A stretch of 64,000 bases of DNA from the NCBI GenBank assembly GCA_029263355.1, contig JAJCXQ010000686.1:177-64176 (forward strand), written 5' to 3'. Within the stretch, counting starts at the first letter, position 1. Each line of letters begins with the position of its first letter. Shown here piece after piece: positions 19,393 through 29,565 of this stretch. A model generated the notes under the pieces. That model was given only the letters and a program-made list of their open reading frames with translations. It ran no database searches and had not been told where the DNA came from. Position numbers and translations under genes: made by a program. This DNA is from Acidobacteriota bacterium. Its GTDB lineage: Bacteria > Acidobacteriota > Thermoanaerobaculia > Multivoradales > J023.

Positions 19393-21183
19393 ATGTCTTC
19401 GCTACCTGAACCTGAACGTCTCGCCATGCCACTCGCCGTCTGGCTGGCGGTTGCCGCCTACACCAGCAGCCAGCTCGACCCGGCTGGCAAAGCAGAAGGG
19501 GCATTCCTCGGGTTTTTGATCGCGGGTGTCGTCGCGGCGATTGCAGCGATCGGATCTCGGACCCCTGGACGCAGGACATCACCAGAGCTGGCGTTGACGG
19601 CTCTGCTGTCTACCGCAACCGTCTGGATCGCTTATCAGGGGCCTTCACGGGGTGCTGTGGTGTCGGTGATTTTGGTCCTCGGGTTGGGTCTCAGCACCGC
19701 GCGAGCCCTCTTCGATGGCGGTGGGCGATGGCGACTCGTGGACCGGCTCGATCCCGGTATCTCAGTACCGATCGCCCTCGGCTGCCAATGGCTGATGCGC
19801 GGTGACCTGCTGCTGGCGCCTCTGCTCGAGACCCGGTCTCTGGTCAGCTTGCTGATACTGCCAATGGTGGCTGGCGGTTCGATCAGCGTTCTGGCCAGCC
19901 GCTTTGGTGTCCAACGAGCGGTGCTCGCCGGCGGACTGGTGGTGGTTCTCGCACCGGGTTGGACGCTGACCTCGACCTTTGCGGTTGCAGCCTTGGCAGC
20001 GGGCACACTCATCGCTGACCGCAATAAATCCAGCGTTTTACGGTGGGGGGCCGTCGCCGGCCTCGTTTTGTTGCCACTGTGGAGCCTGCCGAAGGGGTTA
20101 TTGATGGTGCTCGCGGCGATAGCGACCACCGGCCTAGCCATCGCTCCCCTGCCGCTGTTGACCATCGCCGCTGCATTGGTCGCGATCATGAGTCCACAGA
20201 TGCAGAGCCCGAGAAGCGCCTTGCACGCCTGGGCTGGCGGCGCGGTGCTGTTGGTTCCGGCAGCTATCATGGCGCCGGCCGATGGACGCGGCCAGATGCG
20301 CCTGGGTGCCATCCTGGCATTGGCTGCGGCACTGATCTCACCCCACCAGGATGCGATGGCAGCCGGCGTCGCGGTCGCCGCACTTGGCACACCGATCGGC
20401 GGCGCCGTCGCCACCCTTCAGCGAGCTTGGTGCGCAACATTGGTGATTGGCACAGCGCTACTCAGTGCCTATCCCTGGGTGCGGCGTGATCCCCTCGAGG
20501 ACCTGATGGCACTGTTCGGTTGGCACACTGAAGCATTCGCGGTGCTGATGGTTGTGAGCGGTGTCGTCGGACTCGGCTTGTTGTTGGATTTGTGGCGCCG
20601 CACCTCGCCGCGTTGGGCGCCGCGCCCCGGAATCCTCGCCGCTGTGCTGCTCGCCATCGCGCTGCTGCTCGGCAACGGCGTGTTGGACATCAGCTCCGTG
20701 TCACATCGCGGGTTCGCTCCGACCGACGTCCCAATCAACAGCTACAGCCCGGTCAACCTCGACGCCGCAGCCACAACATGGCAGAAGACGTTCTCCGAGT
20801 CACCGATCACCACCCAGACGATAGCCGGACTGACGATAGCCGGACTGACGATAGACAGTCACCTGATTCGCGGTAGCCAGCTGATTCCGGGAACGACCGT
20901 TGCAACTGTCGAACTGCTCGGACCCAAAGGCGAAATCCTGGCAGAATGGCCTCTGCGGGCCAACGCCGAAACGGGAGAATGGTCTTCGGCTCGGGACGAT
21001 CTCGTGGCGCCTTCACATTGGATCACCCGGGTCGCCCCCGAAGGCACCTTCTTCGCCCGTAGCTACCGTGCCCGCTTCGAGCCTGCCAAGCCGCTAGAAG
21101 CGGTTCGCTTGAGAATCCGACGCGCTGCCGACCTGCCGCAAAAGACAGAGCTAAGGATCGTCCGGTTGGAGATTCGGCAATGA
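19393..21183 (+). CDS. Hypothetical polytopic membrane protein with a C-terminal soluble domain
   Basis: Long hydrophobic ORF; stop overlaps the next ATG (ATGA); start uncertain (19267 is the alternative). Confidence 0.65.
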   Translation: MSSLPEPERLAMPLAVWLAVAAYTSSQLDPAGKAEGAFLGFLIAGVVAAIAAIGSRTPGRRTSPELALTALLSTATVWIAYQGPSRGAVVSVILVLGLGLSTARALFDGGGRWRLVDRLDPGISVPIALGCQWLMRGDLLLAPLLETRSLVSLLILPMVAGGSISVLASRFGVQRAVLAGGLVVVLAPGWTLTSTFAVAALAAGTLIADRNKSSVLRWGAVAGLVLLPLWSLPKGLLMVLAAIATTGLAIAPLPLLTIAAALVAIMSPQMQSPRSALHAWAGGAVLLVPAAIMAPADGRGQMRLGAILALAAALISPHQDAMAAGVAVAALGTPIGGAVATLQRAWCATLVIGTALLSAYPWVRRDPLEDLMALFGWHTEAFAVLMVVSGVVGLGLLLDLWRRTSPRWAPRPGILAAVLLAIALLLGNGVLDISSVSHRGFAPTDVPINSYSPVNLDAAATTWQKTFSESPITTQTIAGLTIAGLTIDSHLIRGSQLIPGTTVATVELLGPKGEILAEWPLRANAETGEWSSARDDLVAPSHWITRVAPEGTFFARSYRARFEPAKPLEAVRLRIRRAADLPQKTELRIVRLEIRQ

Positions 21184-23381
21184 CACCGGCGGACATGCGG
21201 TTCCGAACCCTGGCCGAGCTGGTCTCAGCGATCTTGGCAGCATGGGCACTCTCTTGGAGCCTCGATGCCGCCGATCCTTTTCGCGGCACTTTTGGAGTGC
21301 TCCCCTTGGTGGTTGCCGCGCTGCGTGCCATCGAGCGCCACAGTGTCGAGCTTCACAGTGTCGAGCGAAGGCGCGAAAGCTGGCTGTCGGCCCTAACTCT
21401 CGGCGGTTGGGTCCTCATCACGATCTATCGTCAACGGCTCGGCCTGGTAGCCACGGACTGGTTTTTGGCCGCCGGCTTTCTGCTGCTGCTCACCCAGCGG
21501 GTGGCGACACTGGTGATCAGACTCCGCCCCAGCCTCGGACGCAGCCTGCCTCGACGGCCACCAATCGCCTTCTTCGTGCTGCCCCTCGTGGTTTACCTGG
21601 CGATTCAGCCTTGGTCGAGCAGTCATCGACAACCGGATGGTGATGAGCCTTATTACCTGTTGGTAGCCCATAGCTTGGCCTACGACTTCGACGTTGATCT
21701 GAGCAACAACTACCAGGACGACTGGCAGCGCTTCATGAAGCGCCGGATCGAGCCTCAGCCCGGTGACCCGGTCGGTGACGATGGCGAGATCTACTCTCGC
21801 CACGGTTTCCTGCTGCCGCTGATCCTGACTCCCGCTTATCGCCTCGCCGGCCCTGCCGGCGCCATGTGGGTCATGGCCGCGCTGGCAGCCGCGCTCGCCT
21901 GGATGGTGCTGCGTCTCGCTCATCACTATGTGCCCCAATCGCCGGCAGGTGCGTTGTTGGCTTACGGTGTCGTCGCCTTCAGCCCACCGCTACTGCTCTA
22001 CAGCTACCAGATCTGGGTCGAAATACCGGCAGCCTTACTGCTGAGCCTGGCACTCGATCGCATCCTGTTGTTGCGCCAGCTCGATCGGCCGCGGCCCCTG
22101 CAACTGGCGATGCTGGCACTCCCGATCCTGTTACTGCCGATTCTCAAAATGCGTTTTGGGCTCTTGGTGGGGCCTTTGGTGCTGATCGCCGCTTGGCGGA
22201 CCCGAAAGATCTCGATCGGCTGGGTGGGCGGCGCCCTGGCGACGATGGCAGCAGGCCTGATGGCGTTTAATGCCCTGCGCTTCGGCAACCCCTTGCGGAT
22301 CTACTCCTGGAGCGAGCTTGATTTGCTGCAGTATTCGCTCGCGGATTTCGCTCGCGGCGGCTTCGGCATGTTCTATGACTGCGCCTTTGGCCTGTTTCCG
22401 AATGCACCGATCTGGTTTCTACTACTGCCTGCCTTTGGGCTTCTGATTCACCGCCGCGCATCTCTTGCCTCATCACCATCGCTGCTGTTCGACTTGCTGC
22501 TGATCTCGGGTCCGTACCTGCTGTTCATCGCTCCACGCATCGAGTGGTTCGGCGGTTGGGCGCCGCCGTTTCGTTACCCTTTGGTCTTCCTACCGCTGGT
22601 GGCGGTAGCCCTGGCGCCAATCCTCGACCAGCGGCGGCGTCCCGAGGTCCGTGCCCTGATCGCAGCGTTGGCAGCACTCACCCTGGTATTGACGGTGGTG
22701 TGGGTTGTCATTCCCGGCTGGACCTACAACTTCGCCGATGGACGCAGCCATCTCCTGGACCAGGCCGGCGAGCGCTTGAGTACCGATATCGCTCGATTCT
22801 TCCCCAGCACGGTGCGACCGCGTGCAGCCACCTGGCTGTGGATTGCCGTCTCCCTGTTGGCAATCCCCCTCGGAGCCCGATGGAGTGGTGGTTGGCAGGG
22901 TCGGCGCGGTACCCGGCGCGGCCGACCCGCCGCAGCTTGGGGCGTCACCGCGGTGCTGTTGCTTTTGCCGGCGTTGGTGTTCTTCAGCCACCGGTTACCG
23001 ACCGGGGTCGTCCACTTCGAAGATGCGTTTGTATTCCAACCACGCGGCAGCGTCTTTCCACCGCCCTGGGTGTTGCAACGGCCCAACTATACTGGCGGTT
23101 GGACGCTGCCCGCCGGCCGCTGGCTTGCTGCTCCGATCACCACCGGTGGCGAGCAGGTGACGATTCAGCTGTTCGCGCTGCCCAAGAAATCCAATCGCCC
23201 GGCACGGATATGGGTCGGAGCCGGTGACCACCAGCTGGCGATCCTCGACGCGCAGCAGACTGCGAATCAAGAATGGGTCACCACCACTCTCGGACCTGTC
23301 GACTGGCCCAGTGGCCAACCGCTAGTCGTCCGCACCCTCGAAGGGTCGCTAATCCTCGACCGAGCGGAGCTCACATGGTAG
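21180..23381 (+). CDS. GT-C-fold membrane glycosyltransferase-like protein
   Basis: GDEPYYLLVAHSL loop motif, multiple TM helices, WFGGWAPPFRY. Confidence 0.65.
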   Translation: MTPADMRFRTLAELVSAILAAWALSWSLDAADPFRGTFGVLPLVVAALRAIERHSVELHSVERRRESWLSALTLGGWVLITIYRQRLGLVATDWFLAAGFLLLLTQRVATLVIRLRPSLGRSLPRRPPIAFFVLPLVVYLAIQPWSSSHRQPDGDEPYYLLVAHSLAYDFDVDLSNNYQDDWQRFMKRRIEPQPGDPVGDDGEIYSRHGFLLPLILTPAYRLAGPAGAMWVMAALAAALAWMVLRLAHHYVPQSPAGALLAYGVVAFSPPLLLYSYQIWVEIPAALLLSLALDRILLLRQLDRPRPLQLAMLALPILLLPILKMRFGLLVGPLVLIAAWRTRKISIGWVGGALATMAAGLMAFNALRFGNPLRIYSWSELDLLQYSLADFARGGFGMFYDCAFGLFPNAPIWFLLLPAFGLLIHRRASLASSPSLLFDLLLISGPYLLFIAPRIEWFGGWAPPFRYPLVFLPLVAVALAPILDQRRRPEVRALIAALAALTLVLTVVWVVIPGWTYNFADGRSHLLDQAGERLSTDIARFFPSTVRPRAATWLWIAVSLLAIPLGARWSGGWQGRRGTRRGRPAAAWGVTAVLLLLPALVFFSHRLPTGVVHFEDAFVFQPRGSVFPPPWVLQRPNYTGGWTLPAGRWLAAPITTGGEQVTIQLFALPKKSNRPARIWVGAGDHQLAILDAQQTANQEWVTTTLGPVDWPSGQPLVVRTLEGSLILDRAELTW

Positions 23382-24337
23382 TGACCGCCATCCCACCGAA
23401 ACTGAGTGTCATTGTCCCCACTTTAGGGTGGAGCCGGTGGCTGACCGACTGCCTCGATGCCCTACGCCGGCAGACCGACGATCTCGAAATACTGCTCGTC
23501 AGCCAGGGCGAGGGACGGCAACAAAGCCGCAAACACCGCGCCGAAGAACTCGCCGATGTGATTCTACAACTCGATGAAAACACCGGTTTCGCCACCGCCA
23601 ACAACCGTGGCCTGACCGCAGCCCGCGGCGACTACATTGCCACCGTCAATGATGATGCGATCGTTGAAGACGGGTGGTGTGACGCCCTTCTAACCGCCCT
23701 CGACAACGACCCTAGCCTCGCCGCGGCCCAGGGCATCAATCTCATGCTCGACGAGCCGTCACGGATCGATGGCGGTGGCCTGGCTTGGAATCGTCATTGG
23801 CAGGCCGTTCAGCTCGGTTACAACAAACCTCTCGCGACCTTGCCTGCCACGCCGACGGAAATTTTCGGTGTCTCGGCGACGGCGGCAATCTACCGCCGAT
23901 CTGCTCTCGAAAAAGTCGGTGGTCCCAAGTTCGAGGCTTTCGACCCACAGCTTTTCGCCTATTACGAAGACGTTGACCTCGCCTGTCGTCTAAGGGCTGC
24001 CGGCTATCGTTCGCAACGGGTACCGGTAGCACGGGCCCGGCATGCGGGTTCGGTCAGCGGCAGAAAGTTGGTGGGCGGCAGCCGGAGGTTGATCTACCGC
24101 AATCGGCATCTGGTGCTAGCTCGGCTACTGGGGCGCGCTTATTGGACCAACCTGCCACAAATCCTGGCCCGGGACGCTGCCGATCTATGGCAGGCTGCAA
24201 CAAGCCGAGATCGCTTTGCGGCCCTCGGCATCCTAACGGGTCTAGCCGGCGCCCTGCGTCACGGACTGCGCTTCGCCCATCTCGGTCCGACGACGATTCC
24301 GTTGGCGGAGATGAAACGATTCCAAGTCGACCGATGA
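23375..24337 (+). CDS. GT2 family glycosyltransferase
   Basis: SVIVPT, NTGFATANNRG, VNDDA, FAYYEDVDL, HAGS. Confidence 0.9.
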   Translation: MVVTAIPPKLSVIVPTLGWSRWLTDCLDALRRQTDDLEILLVSQGEGRQQSRKHRAEELADVILQLDENTGFATANNRGLTAARGDYIATVNDDAIVEDGWCDALLTALDNDPSLAAAQGINLMLDEPSRIDGGGLAWNRHWQAVQLGYNKPLATLPATPTEIFGVSATAAIYRRSALEKVGGPKFEAFDPQLFAYYEDVDLACRLRAAGYRSQRVPVARARHAGSVSGRKLVGGSRRLIYRNRHLVLARLLGRAYWTNLPQILARDAADLWQAATSRDRFAALGILTGLAGALRHGLRFAHLGPTTIPLAEMKRFQVDR

Positions 24338-25272
24338 CACCGTCCAACCCCAGACTGAGTGCGGTGGTGATTCACTGGCGGGATGAGGACAACCTCACCG
24401 AGCTCGTCGCATCCTGGCCGCGAGATCCAGCTTTCGAGCTATTGGTGGTCGACAATAGCCGTTCACTCGGCGACCTCTCCGAGCCCGCACGACGACTCAC
24501 ACCCGGGTGCAACTTAGGCTTTGCAGGCGGCGTCAACTTCGGCGCCCGGGAGGCGCGTGCCCCTTGGATCCTGATCCTCAATGCCGACGCCCGCCCCGAA
24601 GACGGCGCCCTCGAAGCTCTGGTCGCAGCTTCCGAAGCCTACCCCGAGGCCGCCGGCATCGTACCCGCTCTGATCGGGGCGGAGGGCGGGTCGCAGCATC
24701 GCTGGCAGTTGCAGCCACTACCCACACTCGGGACCTTGGTGTTGCAAACGATGTTCATCGCCAGCCACCGAGGGCCAAGGGTCGCCCCAACTCGCGGCGC
24801 CACCATCGAACAACCCGCGGCAGCGGCGTTGGTTTTGCGTCGCGAGGTGCTGGATCAACTCGATGGCTTCGACGAAGGCTTCTTTCCCGCCTGGTTCGAA
24901 GACGTCGACCTCGCTCGACGGCTGGCTGATGGCGGTCATCACCTGATTTACGAGCCCGGAGCACAATTCAGGCATGCTGGCGGCGCCACCGTTCCGACCC
25001 TCGGTTACGGTCCCTTTCTGTGGATCTACTACCGCAATCTGTTGCGCTACTTGCGCCGACACCATGGTGGCGGATGGGCCTTTCTCGCACGCTGGACGTT
25101 ATTGTGCGGAGTGTCGCTGCGGCTCGTCACCCTGCCTTTGCGTCGACCACGCCGAGCACGGACTCGCTACCAAGCCGCTGCCGGTCTGCTGAGGGTGGTG
25201 GCCGGCGCGACCAGCGATTGGCGCTGGCCAACGAGTTATCGGCGCCGCTTCTCACGCGAGGATTTGGGATGA
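24334..25272 (+). CDS. GT2 family glycosyltransferase
   Basis: VVDN, NLGFAGGVN, LNADA, GFDEGFFPAWFEDVDL; ATGA coupling. Confidence 0.9.
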   Translation: MTPSNPRLSAVVIHWRDEDNLTELVASWPRDPAFELLVVDNSRSLGDLSEPARRLTPGCNLGFAGGVNFGAREARAPWILILNADARPEDGALEALVAASEAYPEAAGIVPALIGAEGGSQHRWQLQPLPTLGTLVLQTMFIASHRGPRVAPTRGATIEQPAAAALVLRREVLDQLDGFDEGFFPAWFEDVDLARRLADGGHHLIYEPGAQFRHAGGATVPTLGYGPFLWIYYRNLLRYLRRHHGGGWAFLARWTLLCGVSLRLVTLPLRRPRRARTRYQAAAGLLRVVAGATSDWRWPTSYRRRFSREDLG

Positions 25273-26288
25273 CGACCGGGCCGGGCGACCGCGTTGCCAT
25301 CTGCATCGTGACTTATGGTTCGGCGACGGACTTGCCCATGTGCTTCGCCACCATCGCCGAGCAAGATCATCGCCCGCTCGACTTGATTGTTGTCGACTGT
25401 GCCAGCACCGACGGCAGTGCTGAGGTTGCCCGTCAAACCGATGTTCCAGGGGTCCGCAAGCAGGTCATCGCGCTGGAGCAGAACCTGGGTTTTGCGGGCG
25501 GTATGAACACCGCCTTCCGACACACCGACGCCAACTTTCTACTGACGCTCAACGCCGACGCCAGACCCCAGCCCGAGTTCACCCGTCGTTTGTTGAAGAG
25601 ACTCACCAGCACCCCCCGTTGCGCCGCAGTCACCGGTCGCTTGGTGCGTCCTGCCGACCCGGCGACAGGAGAACGGCGGATCGACGCCTGCGGCATGCGG
25701 TTGATTCGCACTTGGCGTCATCTCGACCGTGGCTCGGAACAAATCGACCGCAGCCAGTGGAGCGAACCGCACGAGGTGTTCGGCGCCACCGGAGCCGCCA
25801 CCCTTTTTGCTCGCACGGCGCTCGACGACGTGGCTTTCAGGGAAACCGCGTCAAAGGGTGAAATCTTCGATCAAACGTTCCACTCGTTCCGTGAAGATGC
25901 CGAGCTCTGCTTCCGGCTTCAAGAGCGCGGCTGGAGAGTGATCTACGAGCCCGCCGCGGTAGCCGAACACCGTCGCCGAGTGCTGCCGACCCGTCGACGG
26001 CAGCTGCCAGCGGCAGTCAACTACCACTCGCTCAAGAACCGCTACCTGCTGCGGGCTTATCACCAGACCCGGGGCAATTTCTGGCGGACCTTGTTACCGA
26101 CCGCCGGTCGCGATCTGCAGGCGTTGATCTACGTGATGCTCTTCGAGCGCACGTCATGGTCGGCATACACCTGGCTGTGGCGTCACCGGCGACAAATCCT
26201 CGATCGACGTCGGGCGATTCAACGCCGTCGGACGGAGCCGACCGAAGCTCTGGATCGATGGTTCAACCGAGACAGCTTGCCACTGTAA
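25269..26288 (+). CDS. GT2 family glycosyltransferase
   Basis: VVDCASTDGS, NLGFAGGMN, LNADA, FREDAELCFR; ATGA coupling. Confidence 0.9.
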   Translation: MTTGPGDRVAICIVTYGSATDLPMCFATIAEQDHRPLDLIVVDCASTDGSAEVARQTDVPGVRKQVIALEQNLGFAGGMNTAFRHTDANFLLTLNADARPQPEFTRRLLKRLTSTPRCAAVTGRLVRPADPATGERRIDACGMRLIRTWRHLDRGSEQIDRSQWSEPHEVFGATGAATLFARTALDDVAFRETASKGEIFDQTFHSFREDAELCFRLQERGWRVIYEPAAVAEHRRRVLPTRRRQLPAAVNYHSLKNRYLLRAYHQTRGNFWRTLLPTAGRDLQALIYVMLFERTSWSAYTWLWRHRRQILDRRRAIQRRRTEPTEALDRWFNRDSLPL

Positions 26289-26352
26289 GCAGAGAAGTCG
26301 CGAGCAGGAACAGGGAAATCGTGAGCCAGGCAGCCCGGGCAGAACTCGTCCC

Positions 26353-28509
26353 TCAGAACGTGAGCAGCTCACGGGCCGCAGCCAACACCTTGTCCGTCGA
26401 GGGCAGCAAGGCCTGTTCGAGATTTTTGGCAAAGGGCACGGCACGGTCGGGGTAGGCGACGCGCTTGACCGGTGCGTCGAGCCAGGAGAAGGCCTGGTCG
26501 GCGATGCGTGCGACCACTTCACCTCCAAAGCCCGCGGTTTCCTGAGCTTCGTGCACCACCAGCGCCCGCCCGGTCTTGCGGACCGACGTCAGTATGGCCT
26601 CTTCATCCAGGGGTACCAGGGTACGCAGATCAACCACCTCGACCTCGACTCCTTCTTTGGCAAGTGCGTCAGCGGCTTCGAGGCAAGTCCAGACACCGGA
26701 GCCGTAGGTCACCATCGTGAGATCCGTACCGACACGCCGAACAGTGGCAACTCCCAGCTCGAACACCTCGTCGGGACCGGGAAGCACCGCCTTGATCCGC
26801 CGATAAAGGAATTTGTGCTCGCAGAAGACAACCGGATTAGGATCTCGGATCGCCGCCTTGAGCAGACCTTTGGCATCCTCGGCGGTGGCTGGACACACCA
26901 CTTTGAGACCGGCGACGTGAGCGAACCAGGCTTCAGGATTCTGGGAGTGAAACGGACCAGCGCCGACACCTCCACCTGCCGGCAGGCGCACCACCAGTGG
27001 ACACGGAACCTGCCAACGATAGAAGAACTTGGCGATGACGTTGACCATCTGATTGAAGCCACAGGAGATGAAATCACCGAATTGCATCTCCACCACCGGT
27101 CGATAACCCAACAAGGCGGCTCCAGCAGCGATTCCCAAGGTACCGCTCTCCGCGATCGGGGTATCGAGCACCCGCTTCGGCCAACGTTTCCACAGCCCTT
27201 TTGTAATCCGGAAGGCGCCTTCGAAGGCGGCGATATCCTGGCCCATGAGTATCACTCGATCATCGCGTTCGAGTTCTTCCCGCAGCGCCTGGTGGATACC
27301 TTCGACGTAGGTTTCCGGCTGCGTATCCTCAACACCCGCCAGGGCACTCTCGGACGGTGCTCCATCAGACGACGCTTCCTTGGAAAGTATTTCCTCGGAT
27401 AGATCGATCTCGAGCTCTTCCGAGTCGACTGGAGGCGTTTGCTCAGGCAGCGACGATTCTCCAAACGATAGCGCCAGAGCGGGCCGGAATGCGATCTCGT
27501 CCTCAGGACCAGGAGCCTCGACCGCTCGTGCCACTGCTTCTTCCACTAATTCGGAAATCCGCCCTTCTAGGCGCGCCAGCAATTCGCTGTCGAGAACTCC
27601 CTTGGTGTCGAGTTGGCGGGCGTAGGCTGGCACCGGGTCCTGGCTCATATAGACCTCGAGCTCGGCTTCCGGGACAACTTTGAGGGAATCGTCACCTTCA
27701 CTGTGGCCGCGCATCCGGCCGAGCATCGCTTCGATCAAGGTCGGGCCGGCCCCGGACCGGGCGCGCTCCAAAGCTTCTGCCATCGCCACGCCAACACTCT
27801 CTGGATCATTACCATCAACGGTCACCGCGGCCATGCCATAGCCAATACCTCGATCGCTCAGGCGCTCGGCGGCATATTGATCCGAGGTTGGCGTCGAGAA
27901 CGCATAGCGGTTGTTCTCGATCACCAGAATCAACGGCAACTTCCAAACCGCGGCCATGTTGAGGCCCTCGTGGAAGTCGCCGGTGGAGGTGCCGCCGTCG
28001 CCAATGAAATTCAACGCCACCCGGTCGGTGCCGGCTTGCTTGAGTGCGAAGGCTGCACCCGCAGCGACAGGAATCATCGAACCAAGATGGCTGATCATGC
28101 CGATGTGGCGGATGCCTTGGCGCGGGTCCAGGTAACCGTAGTGAAACGACCGCTCGACGCCACTCGAGAAACCATCAGCCCGGCCGAGGAGCTGGCAACA
28201 CAGTCGGTAGAGCAACTCTCGCGGCTCCGGGCGGATGCCATCCGGCTCGCCGAACCCGAATCCGGGGAAAGCCCGCGCCGGGTCGAGATAAACCGACAGG
28301 ATGGCGCCAAGATCGCGGTGTAAAGAGCACAACACGTCCCCTGGCTCGAGGGCCAGCCCGGAAGCTACCGTCGTCGCTTCGCTGCCGATCTGGCTGTACC
28401 ATTTGGACAGACGTCCGGTACGCAACAACATCGCAAAACGAGTGTCGAGGTCGCGGGCGAACCGCATGTAAGCGTAGTGCAGCAGCCGCAGTGGGTCGAG
28501 GTCGCTCAT
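26353..28509 (-). CDS. Fused E1 alpha/beta subunit of a 2-oxoacid (branched-chain/pyruvate-type) dehydrogenase
   Basis: GDGG...ENN TPP motif, RMRGHSEGD, DTPIAESG, EMQFGDF, HSQ, DLRTLVPLD. Confidence 0.92.
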   Translation of the reverse strand: MSDLDPLRLLHYAYMRFARDLDTRFAMLLRTGRLSKWYSQIGSEATTVASGLALEPGDVLCSLHRDLGAILSVYLDPARAFPGFGFGEPDGIRPEPRELLYRLCCQLLGRADGFSSGVERSFHYGYLDPRQGIRHIGMISHLGSMIPVAAGAAFALKQAGTDRVALNFIGDGGTSTGDFHEGLNMAAVWKLPLILVIENNRYAFSTPTSDQYAAERLSDRGIGYGMAAVTVDGNDPESVGVAMAEALERARSGAGPTLIEAMLGRMRGHSEGDDSLKVVPEAELEVYMSQDPVPAYARQLDTKGVLDSELLARLEGRISELVEEAVARAVEAPGPEDEIAFRPALALSFGESSLPEQTPPVDSEELEIDLSEEILSKEASSDGAPSESALAGVEDTQPETYVEGIHQALREELERDDRVILMGQDIAAFEGAFRITKGLWKRWPKRVLDTPIAESGTLGIAAGAALLGYRPVVEMQFGDFISCGFNQMVNVIAKFFYRWQVPCPLVVRLPAGGGVGAGPFHSQNPEAWFAHVAGLKVVCPATAEDAKGLLKAAIRDPNPVVFCEHKFLYRRIKAVLPGPDEVFELGVATVRRVGTDLTMVTYGSGVWTCLEAADALAKEGVEVEVVDLRTLVPLDEEAILTSVRKTGRALVVHEAQETAGFGGEVVARIADQAFSWLDAPVKRVAYPDRAVPFAKNLEQALLPSTDKVLAAARELLTF

Positions 28510-28650
28510 GGCGCGCAGAGTTTACGGTGGGCGGTTACCGGCGGCAAGGATTTTTTGGACTCAGACGCCTGTCAGTCGAAAGCTTCAGCGTCGGTAGCTT
28601 CAGAGTCGGACGCTTCGGGGCCTCGTCCCACGACCAAGCACCAGCCATCT

Positions 28651-29532
28651 TCAGTCTCCGGCCGAAGGCAGTTGGGTCAGCGCCTCACACAGCTGAGTGA
28701 ACCATGTTTCATCCGACACTTCTTGGGGTCGATCGATCAGCTGATCGAGCGCTGGCGCTCGCCCTGATAGCCATTGCAAATGATCCAGCGTGGCGTCGGA
28801 CATCCCGCTATCCCGCACCTGAAACGCTGACCACATCAGCAGTTGGTGGTCGAACTCGATCAACTCGGCACGATGATTGATCTCGGCGACGTAGTCGTTG
28901 AATCGTTCAATCTCCGTCCAGATCTCCATCGCCCGCGTTGGATCGTGCTCGCCTTCGAGCCATTGATCTACCTGATCGCTGACCAAATGACAGCGCATTT
29001 GCTCATCGAGACGAATCTCTTCGAACGTCGGCGAGCTCTTGATCCATGCGAATCCGCGCGCCGCCATCGCTAGTCGATCGGCGACCTCACCATCGACGAT
29101 CGCCTGGCCAAGGCTGAGACGCAGCCGGAATTTGCCGAAAATTCGCCGAATACGGATTGCTGACGCCACCGCGGCGCGCTGATCTCGGGACGGTGGGCTC
29201 AGGCTCCTCGCTTGCTGAATATCGAAGTCCGGCACATGCGCTGTCGGCTGAGGCGGATCGCTGACGGAAGCTTCTTGTTTCCGCCTCTGATAGCGCTGGG
29301 CCCGTTCCAAGGTGCTCTCGATGACCCGGCCGTGCTGCTCCTTCATCGCCGCCCGCACCGACTCCACGTCCGACGGCTTTGGGGTCAAGAGCTTGTATTC
29401 CCGGGTCGCGACAATCTTACCGCCGACAAAAACTTCGGTCCGAATATAGAGATCCACCTTGCGGGTGAGCTCTGTCTGAAAATGGAAGGTCCGCCCGAGA
29501 ACGGTGACCTCCTGATTCAAGCCGCTAATCAT
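28651..29532 (-). CDS. Hypothetical protein
   Basis: 293-aa ORF with plausible composition; N-terminal GLNQEV...FHFQTE...MKEQH segment. Confidence 0.65.
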   Translation of the reverse strand: MISGLNQEVTVLGRTFHFQTELTRKVDLYIRTEVFVGGKIVATREYKLLTPKPSDVESVRAAMKEQHGRVIESTLERAQRYQRRKQEASVSDPPQPTAHVPDFDIQQARSLSPPSRDQRAAVASAIRIRRIFGKFRLRLSLGQAIVDGEVADRLAMAARGFAWIKSSPTFEEIRLDEQMRCHLVSDQVDQWLEGEHDPTRAMEIWTEIERFNDYVAEINHRAELIEFDHQLLMWSAFQVRDSGMSDATLDHLQWLSGRAPALDQLIDRPQEVSDETWFTQLCEALTQLPSAGD

Positions 29533-29565
29533 CGTGCCAGATCGTATCGGTACTGGGGCCGTTTG

